Positions 28,707 through 36,886 of a DNA stretch of 64,000 bases are shown here, piece by piece; position 1 is the stretch's first letter, and every line of letters begins with the position of its first letter. Made by a program: the position numbers and the translations under genes. Below the pieces are notes generated by a model. It was given only the letters and a program-made list of their open reading frames with translations, was not told the origin of the DNA and made no database searches. Source of the DNA: an uncultured Alphaproteobacteria bacterium (GTDB lineage Bacteria > Pseudomonadota > Alphaproteobacteria > Bin95); NCBI GenBank assembly GCA_963807085.1, contig CAWEBB010000012.1, positions 126,913-190,912 of the forward strand, in the 5' to 3' direction.

Positions 28707-30773
28707 CTACTGCACCCGATGCCAGACATTCCCTTCGGCATTGACCCGGTTCTGGTCGATCAAGTGCACGATAACCTGAGACGGGTACTGCTGGTTCGGC
28801 TGACAATAGCCGTAGGCGTTGCAGTACTGCCGCGGACTCCAGTCGGATGGCACCGCATCGATCCTGACCCGCTTATTGCCTACGGGTTGTGCAGACCAGG
28901 TGCCGACCACCTCCGTCGGCCCCAACGGAAGCTGAAGGATCAGCCGGTAGTTTCCATCCTGAGAATAGGTCACCTGCGCGGAAAATGAGCCCTCGGCAGA
29001 GACGAAGGTCGTCTCCCATGTGCCGGTGAAGAATGCCTTGGCATCGGCTGCCGTCGGCTCCTGCTGGCGCGGCTCCGGTTGGCGTTTCGGTTCGGGTTGG
29101 GGCTCCCGGCGCGGCGGCGGTTCCGGACCACGCCGAGGCTCGGGCTCTCGGCGCGGTTCGGTGCTGTCGCCCGTTTCCGCTGCGAAGACGATCTTGGAAA
29201 AATGTTCGACGATGGAATAACACATCGTCACCTTCCCCGCCTGCGGATCGTACCAGGCGTTGATTTCTTCGCAGTCGCGGAACTCCACTTGCAGATCGCG
29301 CGGCCACACGAAGGCTTTTTCCAAGAAGCCAGCGATTTCCGGCATAACATTGGTGTCACGAACCAGCGCCGTCACCACGCGGCCAACATCGGTTTGCGGC
29401 TCCTGGAACGTCAGGAGGATTTTTCCGCCGGGCGCGTCCGCTGGGTGATCGCCCGGTTGGTCAGGCCCCAGGTTTCTGGAGACGGGCTTCAGCAACACTT
29501 CCCAGGCGCGATATCGCTTCTCGTATTCTTGCAGGCAGCGGGCCCGGGTCCGCTCGTTCAGTTTAATCTTTTCGGCGAGCGGCTCGAACCGCTTCGGATC
29601 GCTGCCATAGAGAATGCAAAAGGAATTGCGAAAGCGCCGCAGGCTAGGCGCATGCTCTCCCTGCCAGCCTTCCTGCTGGCCTTCCTGTTCGATTTTCATG
29701 CCATTATAGTACCACAATAACGAGGAATAGGTGACGAGTCCCTGCAGGATATCTTCCTCTTGGGCGTTCTCCCAATTTTCGGGATCTTCAAAAATCGATC
29801 CCAAAACGAATGCCGCGAAGCCGTCGGCGACGTCCTCCTCCGGTCCGGTGGCGGGGATTTCCAACTCGCCGATCAACGCATGGCCGAACTCGTGGAAAAA
29901 GATGCCAAAGGTCGTGCCCGCAATCACCTTGCTGACATAAATTTCCTGAGCCGTGGGCGCGCGGTCCGGCGTTTGGTCGGGCTCCTTCTTCGGTTGCGAG
30001 TCAGGGTCCGAACCGCCGCCGCGTGGCGGGAAGGGCTCGTTGTCCGCTGTATCGCCGCCGCGCGGTGGCGGGAACGGATCACTACCGCCGGTAGTCTCAC
30101 CGCCGCCGCCGGAGGTATTCCCGACGGTCTCAACCTCGAACGCATCGAACGCGAACTGACCGGTTCCGCCCATGATGATACCGGCGCCGGGCGCAAACCC
30201 GGCGTTTTTGTTCATTTGAAACACGAGCTCATCGTTCAGGAAGAACCCGGCGGACGCGGGTTCCTGACGGATCTCCAGCACGTCACTGCCATCCATGCGT
30301 GCGCGGATCTTGTCGGAGGTGCCCATTACCTCGAAGCCGTTGCCCTGGTTGCCGTACATCTTGACGGCCCCATCACCGGCGATGGCCATGGCGACGTATT
30401 TTTCCGTCGAAACATGGTCGAACAACAGGCCCGCGAACGAGCCCTTGTCGCCGCGCAGAGCGACGTTGGTCTTGATGGTCCGGTTGCCGGCATTCAGAGC
30501 GTCGAACTTTGCGTGATAAAGAACGATCGAGTCGGCATCCTTGGAGTTTTTGAACATGACCCAGCCGCTGCTCAGACTGGTTTCCCAGGTGCCGTCGCTA
30601 CCCAGTTCGACGCCCCCCGCAATCGGGCCGAGATGATCTTCGATTGTGTCCGCTCTTGCCTGGGACCCCAGCAGACAAAGAGCGATGAGTGCCGCCCAAA
30701 GTGTCAACCAATGAAATCCGCTCGGAAAGTTGAACCCATCCACCCGCGGAAAAGCCCTGATGCCCTGCGTCAT
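28707..30773 (-). CDS. Secreted multidomain protein with HExxH (DUF4344-like) putative metallopeptidase core
   Basis: Signal/anchor ..WLTLWAALIALCLLGSQARA. An N-domain of about 180 aa is followed by a Gly/Pro-rich linker. The core has GIFFHEFGHALIGEL (HExxH) and ..FRDCEEINAWYDPQAGKVTMCYSIVEHF. Then comes a Pro/Glu/Arg repeat linker (EPRREPEPRRGPEPPPRREPQPEPKRQPEPRQQEP) and a C-domain of about 110 aa. ATG at 30773; the ORF track start 30788 is a TTG. Confidence 0.75.
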   Translation of the reverse strand: MTQGIRAFPRVDGFNFPSGFHWLTLWAALIALCLLGSQARADTIEDHLGPIAGGVELGSDGTWETSLSSGWVMFKNSKDADSIVLYHAKFDALNAGNRTIKTNVALRGDKGSFAGLLFDHVSTEKYVAMAIAGDGAVKMYGNQGNGFEVMGTSDKIRARMDGSDVLEIRQEPASAGFFLNDELVFQMNKNAGFAPGAGIIMGGTGQFAFDAFEVETVGNTSGGGGETTGGSDPFPPPRGGDTADNEPFPPRGGGSDPDSQPKKEPDQTPDRAPTAQEIYVSKVIAGTTFGIFFHEFGHALIGELEIPATGPEEDVADGFAAFVLGSIFEDPENWENAQEEDILQGLVTYSSLLWYYNGMKIEQEGQQEGWQGEHAPSLRRFRNSFCILYGSDPKRFEPLAEKIKLNERTRARCLQEYEKRYRAWEVLLKPVSRNLGPDQPGDHPADAPGGKILLTFQEPQTDVGRVVTALVRDTNVMPEIAGFLEKAFVWPRDLQVEFRDCEEINAWYDPQAGKVTMCYSIVEHFSKIVFAAETGDSTEPRREPEPRRGPEPPPRREPQPEPKRQPEPRQQEPTAADAKAFFTGTWETTFVSAEGSFSAQVTYSQDGNYRLILQLPLGPTEVVGTWSAQPVGNKRVRIDAVPSDWSPRQYCNAYGYCQPNQQYPSQVIVHLIDQNRVNAEGNVWHRVQ

Positions 30774-30980
30774 ACTCGGGAGTCCCAACTCAATCGTGTT
30801 TCCAGCCTGTCACACGTTACCAACGTCCAGGCTGCGGTTCCAGAGAAAAAGCGCATTCAAGCACTGTTAACCTTCCTGTTTCGGGTAAACAAACGAAAAA
30901 TGCGTCTCGCATTGTAAGCAGTTGGAGTGATCAACAGAGGTTTCTCGGTAGAGCACCGCTCGTGTTAATCGGCAGCACGC

Positions 30981-31012
30981 AATAAAAGAAGGCCCGCATC
31001 ATGCGAGCCTTC
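30981..31012 (-). terminator. Intrinsic terminator downstream of the DUF1214 remnant
   Basis: The minus strand reads GGAAGGCTCGCATGATGCGGGCCTTCTTTTATT: a near-perfect 12-bp stem followed by a T-run. Confidence 0.6.
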
Positions 31013-31107
31013 CATGGTAACGGTTGGGCGAAAAGCCTCGGCTTACGGCACCTCGTTCGAGAGCACGATGCTGCCGCCACCCCACGCACGCGTGGTGCGG
31101 GTACTGG

Positions 31108-31738
31108 TCAGTTAACCTCCTGGATTTTCGGGGGCTGCCAAGAGAGCCACCCAGCATTTCTTTCTTGCCCCAATAGGCCGGAATGTAGAGCGAGATCGGA
31201 CCGTCGGGGGCGTGCAGCCAGTTGCTCTCCTTGTCCTTGCCGGGGGGAGCTCCGGCATAGAGGGTCAGGGAGCCGTCGCCGTTCCGCTTCAGTCCGGCGT
31301 TCTTCGTGCCCAGCGAATAGCGTTTGAGGTCATTTTCGCTGAAGAAGTGGTTCTCGTTGTACAGGGTCAGCGACCAGAACCCGTTGACAGGCGGCTCCCC
31401 GCCGGCGGGAAAGGTAATCCCATAGGTTTTCGATCCGTCGAGCGCCGCGCCGGCGTAATCATTGTCGGTGTAGAAATACTGAGTCTCGTTCGGCCGGTTG
31501 TCGAACATGTTCGACTTCGCGGTGCCGGAGCGGCTGAAATAGTCGACGCCCCACTCGGCGTTGTTGACCGACCGTTCCAACCATCCGGCAGGCTTGCCAT
31601 TGTGCCGCCTCGAACTTGGCCGACACCTGCTCCTCCGGAATGACGGCATGCATACCGCCCTGGCTCACCCCGCCCACGCCGAGATGGGTGATGTGGAGCG
31701 ACGTGCTGGCGATCTGGCGGGAGAGGAAGGGGTTCATT
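31108..31738 (-). pseudogene. DUF1214-domain protein remnant (N-terminal half missing, two frameshifts)
   Basis: ..[90 protein letters not shown] 1-nt shift near 31140 restores the expected ending [11 protein letters not shown], with TGA at 31108-31110. Another shift lies near 31590. The usual DUF1254 N-domain is absent, and the sequence starts 11 nt after the HIRAN stop. Confidence 0.65.
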
Positions 31739-31748
31739 CGAGATGACA

Positions 31749-32121
31749 CTACTCTGCCACCTTGGGGGGCCAACTCAATGATAATTTTACGCCGTACGAC
31801 CCTTCGTCCCCGTCGGGCCTTTTCCACCCCCCAATAATTTTTGCGTGGCATGTAGTTGGGGAGGTTCCAATTCCTAACTTTTCGGTGGTACTAATATAAT
31901 CTACCGCTTTGTCACGCGGCAAATATCCTACTAACATTCCTCGTATTTTTATGCCTATAGCATTTGGATCATGAGGGTTAGTTGGTTCTGGTGATAAAAT
32001 GGCGATCTCTTCTAATTTTACTCCGTCTTCTGTCTTTTTACCGGCGATACGCTCCAAATTGCTCTGATAGTGGCTTTCACCGACAATATCGAATGTAAAC
32101 CCGCGACCTCTTTTTAAGGCA
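31749..32121 (-). pseudogene. HIRAN-domain protein, 3' portion (gene interrupted by an IS1595-family element)
   Basis: ..ALKRGRGFTFDIVGESHYQSNLERIAGKKTEDGVKLEEIAILSPEPTNPHDPNAIGIKIRGMLVGYLPRDKAVDY... The first 11 codons of track ORF 31749..32153 come from the IS end. The region is conspicuously AT-rich. Confidence 0.75.
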
Positions 32122-33267
32122 AGAGGCTTCTCCCGTTGGCTCCGGCGGCACAAAATGTGGTGATCTGCGCTTGCGTCGCGAGGTGCGTTCGCTTAATGTT
32201 CTCGCATGCCGAGCCGCTGGAAACATGACCGCCCGCTCTCCCGCGCCCAGTTCGAGGCGCGATTTCCGGATAATGCGGCCTGCGCCGACTATCTGGCGCG
32301 TCGCCGGTGGCCGGAGGGCTTTGTCTGCCCGGGCTGTGGCGTCACGAAGGGATGGCTGCTGAAGACCAAGGCGTTCACCTGGGAGTGCGCGGCCTGCCGG
32401 CGGCAGACGTCCGTGACCGCAGGCACGGTCATGCACGGCAGCCATCTGCCGCTGAAGACCTGGTTCACGGCGATCCATATCGTAACCAGCCACTCCAACG
32501 GGATCTCCGCCCTGCAACTGCAGGCCCAACTGGGCCTGGGCAGCTACAAGAGCGCCTGGCTGCTCCTGACGAAGCTCCGCCGCGCCATGGACGACCCGCC
32601 CGCTGGCGGTCAAGGCCGCAGCTCGCAGGGCAAGATGCTCGTTGCCGGCGCGGTGGAGCTCTCGCCCGAAGGCAAGCCGCGCCGCATTCGTCTCGCGCCG
32701 ATCGCCGACTTCTCCGGCGCCACGCTCAAGCCCTTCGTCGTCGCGGTCGCCGCCGCCGGTGCCCGCGTCGTCACGGACGGATGGTCCGGCTACAATGGCC
32801 TGCCCGACCATGTGCACGAGCCGAAAGTCGTCGGCAAGATGGCCGCCCACATCATCCTGCGCTGGACCCATCGCGTCTTTTCAAACCTCAAGAGATGGGC
32901 GCTCGGGACCTACCATGGCCTCCGTCGCCAGCACTTCAGGCGTTACCTCGACGAGTTCGTCTTCAGGTGGAACCGTCGCCGCCACACAGCCGTGGCGTTC
33001 GATACCCTGCTCGGCCTCGGAGCCCGCCTCGCGCCAGCAACCGCCCGCGACTTCGTCGAGCAGCGCGTCTGAGAGTACCAGATCACGGCGCCACACCTCG
33101 GAATGCGAGATCGCCGTCGCCTGTCCGCGGTGCATCCAACCGTCTCGAGCCGCTGCCTACGTCGATCAGAATTGCTCAGAACCCTGCATGCACCAGGAAG
33201 CCATCACCCGCGCCGCCATCCGAAACATCAACATCTCGCAGCGCCGGAACGAAAGGGAGAAGCCTCT
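32122..33267 (+). mobile_element. IS1595-family insertion sequence (1146 bp) with inverted repeats and flanking AAGGCA duplication
   Basis: Left IR 32122-32147: AGAGGCTTCTCCCGTTGGCTCCGGCG. Reverse complement of 33242-33267: AGAGGCTTCTCCCTTTCGTTCCGGCG (23/26 identical). The direct repeat AAGGCA sits at 32116-32121 and 33268-33273. Confidence 0.85.
32206..33072 (+). CDS. IS1595-family (ISXO2-like) transposase, possibly carrying an internal deletion
   Basis: N-terminal Zn-ribbon (CADYLARRRWPEGFVCPGCG..WECAACRRQTSVTAG), then ..LPLKTWF..ISALQLQAQLGLGSYKSAWLLLTKLRRAM... The C-terminal DDE part reads ..VVTDGWSGYNGL..FSNLKRWALGTYHGLRRQHFRRYLDEFVFRWNRR. 288 aa. Confidence 0.85.
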   Translation: MPSRWKHDRPLSRAQFEARFPDNAACADYLARRRWPEGFVCPGCGVTKGWLLKTKAFTWECAACRRQTSVTAGTVMHGSHLPLKTWFTAIHIVTSHSNGISALQLQAQLGLGSYKSAWLLLTKLRRAMDDPPAGGQGRSSQGKMLVAGAVELSPEGKPRRIRLAPIADFSGATLKPFVVAVAAAGARVVTDGWSGYNGLPDHVHEPKVVGKMAAHIILRWTHRVFSNLKRWALGTYHGLRRQHFRRYLDEFVFRWNRRRHTAVAFDTLLGLGARLAPATARDFVEQRV

Positions 33268-33329
33268 AAGGCAATATTGGACTTGTCCGCCGATGGGCTT
33301 TTTCCGAATAACTTTGATAGGATTCCCAT
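33268..33329 (-). pseudogene. HIRAN-domain protein, orphaned 5' portion
   Basis: ATG at 33329 with GGAG 8 nt upstream: MGILSKLFGKSPSADKSNIA(L). It joins in frame to 32115 once the IS and one AAGGCA copy are removed. Confidence 0.7.
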
Positions 33330-33394
33330 TCGTAGTCTCCGATTTCCAACCCGTATGTTGAAGGATGATCGACGGTATCTTTGCTAACTTTGAA

Positions 33395-33430
33395 GTCACT
33401 GAAGGGATGAGATGAAACCCCTTCAGTGAC
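33395..33430 (-). terminator. Stem-loop downstream of the thiolase gene
   Basis: GTCACTGAAGGG (33395-33406) pairs perfectly with CCCTTCAGTGAC (33419-33430), a 12-bp stem, 15 nt after the thiolase stop. Confidence 0.6.
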
Positions 33431-33444
33431 ATTCAATTGACTGA

Positions 33445-34587
33445 CTACGGCGCCTCGTTCGAGAACATGATCGAGCCGCTCGCACTGAACATGCCGCCGA
33501 CGCCATGACAGAGGCTGGTCTTGGCGCCCTCCACCTGGGCCGGAGACGTGCCGCGCATCTGGCGGACGCTTTCTTGCAAGGCGTACATGCCGTACATGCC
33601 GCTGTGCATATAGCTCAACCCGCCGCCGTTGGTGTTCAGGGGCAGCTTGCCGCCGGGCTTGGTGTTGCCTTCCCAGATGAAGTCGCCGCCTTCGCCGCGG
33701 CCGACAAAGCCCAGGTCTTCCAGGCCATAGATCGGCAGATGCGCGAACGCGTCATAGATCATCAGGTGGTCGACGTCCGAATGCTTCATGCCGGAGGACT
33801 TCCAGACATTCTCGCCCGCGATGCGGAAGGCCTGGGAGGACGTGAAGTCGCTCATCTGGCTGACCATGGTGTGCTCGCCGGCCTCGCCCGCGCCCATTAC
33901 ATAGACGGGCTTGGTCGGAAAGTCCTTGGCCCGGTCGGAGCGGGTCAGGATCAGCGCGCCGCCGCCATCAGTCACCAGGCAGCACATCAGCAGCGAAAAC
34001 GGCCAGGCGATCATGCGGGCGTTCATCACGTCATCAACGGTGATCGGGTCGCGGAAGGTCGCACGCTCGTGCTTGCCCGCCCATTCACGCTGCACCACGG
34101 CCACGTTCGCCACCTTTTCAATGTCGACGCCATAGGTTTTCAGGTAGCGCATTACCGGAATGGTGAACATGGTCGGCGGGTTGGTCACGCCATATGGAAT
34201 CTGGAACTGGCCGTCGAGCAGCGCCGGATTCATTCCACGCGGTGTCATGCCGACCTGGCTGCGGCCACTCTCGCCGTGCGTGATCAAAATGGTATCGGCC
34301 ATGCCGCTCTCGATCGCGGCCACCGCATGGCGGACATGGATCATGAACGAGCAGCCGCCGACGCTGGTGCCGTCCACATAGCGGGGCTTGACCCCGAGAT
34401 AGTGGGCGATCTCGATCGGGTTTTCGCGGGCGGTGGCGATGCCGTCGATGTCCTCTGGCTTCAGGCCGCAATCGGCCATGGCGTTCAGGGCGGCATCCGC
34501 GTGGAGCTGGATGTTGGAGATGTGGGGCAGCTTGCCGAGCTCGGTGCTCTCAGCAGCGCCGACAACGGCGACGGAACCTGGTTTCAT
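33445..34587 (-). CDS. Thiolase-like (SCP-x type) protein
   Basis: 380 aa. MKPGSVAVVGAAESTELGKL.., ..GGCSFMIHVRHAVAAIESG.., ..NTNGGGLSYMHSGMYGMYALQESVRQMRG... Paired with the upstream DUF35 gene, as is typical. Confidence 0.85.
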   Translation of the reverse strand: MKPGSVAVVGAAESTELGKLPHISNIQLHADAALNAMADCGLKPEDIDGIATARENPIEIAHYLGVKPRYVDGTSVGGCSFMIHVRHAVAAIESGMADTILITHGESGRSQVGMTPRGMNPALLDGQFQIPYGVTNPPTMFTIPVMRYLKTYGVDIEKVANVAVVQREWAGKHERATFRDPITVDDVMNARMIAWPFSLLMCCLVTDGGGALILTRSDRAKDFPTKPVYVMGAGEAGEHTMVSQMSDFTSSQAFRIAGENVWKSSGMKHSDVDHLMIYDAFAHLPIYGLEDLGFVGRGEGGDFIWEGNTKPGGKLPLNTNGGGLSYMHSGMYGMYALQESVRQMRGTSPAQVEGAKTSLCHGVGGMFSASGSIMFSNEAP

Positions 34588-34620
34588 GGTTCTTCGTTTC
34601 CTTGGTATATCGTGGGCCGC

Positions 34621-35037
34621 TTAGGAAGCCGGCTTGAACAGCGGCAGATTGATGTCGTCGGTCAGCCGCTTGAAGGTCACCTGCAGCGGCATATCCAACT
34701 GCAGCGCCTCCGGCGTTTGGTCGCAATCGACGATGTTGGTCATCAGTTGCACGCCTTCGTCCAGCTTGACGACGGCAATGGCGTAAGGCGCCTTCATGTC
34801 GAAATTCGGATGGTCGCGGTGGCTGATAATATAGGACCAGAGCACGCCCCTGCCGCTGGCCTCAAAGGTCTCGACATTGCGCGAGCCCGTGTAGGGGCTG
34901 AACGGGCGCGGCGGGAAATAGGCCTTTCCGGTGTCCTTGCAGCGCTGCAAGACGATCTTGCCGTCGTTGCAGCCGTCCCAGAAGTGCTGGGTTTCGGGCG
35001 TGGCCTTCGGTACGGGGCGGCCGGGTTTGTCGCTCAT
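34621..35037 (-). CDS. Zn-ribbon/OB-fold (DUF35) protein, thiolase partner
   Basis: 138 aa. ..FWDGCNDGKIVLQRCKDTGKAYFPPRPFSPY..GRGVLWSYIISH... Located 34 nt upstream of the thiolase-like gene. Confidence 0.8.
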   Translation of the reverse strand: MSDKPGRPVPKATPETQHFWDGCNDGKIVLQRCKDTGKAYFPPRPFSPYTGSRNVETFEASGRGVLWSYIISHRDHPNFDMKAPYAIAVVKLDEGVQLMTNIVDCDQTPEALQLDMPLQVTFKRLTDDINLPLFKPAS

Positions 35038-35226
35038 GCTTTGACGTCTCCTTGAATCTGAGCCTTGAGTGGACGCGAGAAGAGCCCACCTTAGGCGACC
35101 CGCCTGCGGCGCACAAACCCATAGGCAGTGCTTGGCAAAAGAATGGCGAGGCCCTATAAGCCTCGTTTCTGACGCGGCCGCAGGGAATGCCCTTCGCGGC
35201 CGCCCGATATTTCAGGAGTAGCTTCC

Positions 35227-35412
35227 ATGGCGGTTCCCAGGAAGAAAACGACCTCGTCCAAACGCGGGATGCGCCGGGCGCACGATGCGCTGAAACATGC
35301 CAATCTGCGTGAGGACAAGGACTCTGGCGAGTTCCACCGTCCGCACCATATCGACCTGGAGACCGGCATGTACCGGGGCCGCCAGGTGGTAGAGCCCAAG
35401 GACAAATTCTAG
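35227..35412 (+). CDS. rpmF: 50S ribosomal protein L32
   Basis: [23 protein letters not shown].., 61 aa. Confidence 0.95.
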   Translation: MAVPRKKTTSSKRGMRRAHDALKHANLREDKDSGEFHRPHHIDLETGMYRGRQVVEPKDKF

Positions 35413-36516
<1,104 letters not shown>

Positions 36517-36546
36517 GCGTCCCGACGACGGAGGAGCATTGCAATC

Positions 36547-36864
36547 ATGAAGATCTTCGTAACCGATGGTCATGGCGTCGAGCACGAGGTCGAGGCGCAG
36601 GACGGTTGGACCGTGATGGAAATCATCCGCGACGCCGGTCTGCCGATCAAGGCGGAGTGCGGCGGTTCGTGCGTGTGTGCGACCTGCCATGTGATCGTCG
36701 ACGATGAATGGTTTGGGAAGGTGTCTGAAAGGACTGAGGAAGAGGTCGACATGCTCGACTTGGCTTTGGAGGTTTACGAAACCTCTCGCCTTTCCTGCCA
36801 GATCGAATTCGACAAGAGCCTTGACGGCTTGAAGATGACCATCGCCGAAGACGCGCTGATGTAG
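36547..36864 (+). CDS. 2Fe-2S ferredoxin (adrenodoxin/FdxB type)
   Basis: 105 aa with Cys ligands in ..AECGGSCVCATCHV.. and ..SRLSCQI... Confidence 0.9.
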   Translation: MKIFVTDGHGVEHEVEAQDGWTVMEIIRDAGLPIKAECGGSCVCATCHVIVDDEWFGKVSERTEEEVDMLDLALEVYETSRLSCQIEFDKSLDGLKMTIAEDALM

Positions 36865-36886
36865 CGCAGGTCCGGACGCGAAACGG

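Noticed and set aside
29040-29170. Repetitive CCG/GAGCC-rich DNA (the Pro-Glu-Arg linker) and the 15-bp repeats at 35416-35475, as a possible CRISPR array
   Set aside because: The units are too short and have no spacers. They lie in frame within, or immediately adjacent to, coding sequence, and no cas genes are present.
29760-30917. 385-aa plus-strand ORF
   Set aside because: It is antisense to the secreted HExxH protein gene and its composition is typical of a GC artefact.
33166-33432. 88-aa minus-strand ORF next to the IS1595-family element
   Set aside because: It is explained as a wrong-frame read across the orphaned 5' end of the HIRAN gene that runs into the IS inverted repeat. The correct frame starts at 33329.
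33505-35055. 516-aa plus-strand ORF
   Set aside because: It is antisense to the thiolase-like and DUF35 genes, which have clear family motifs. This ORF has none.
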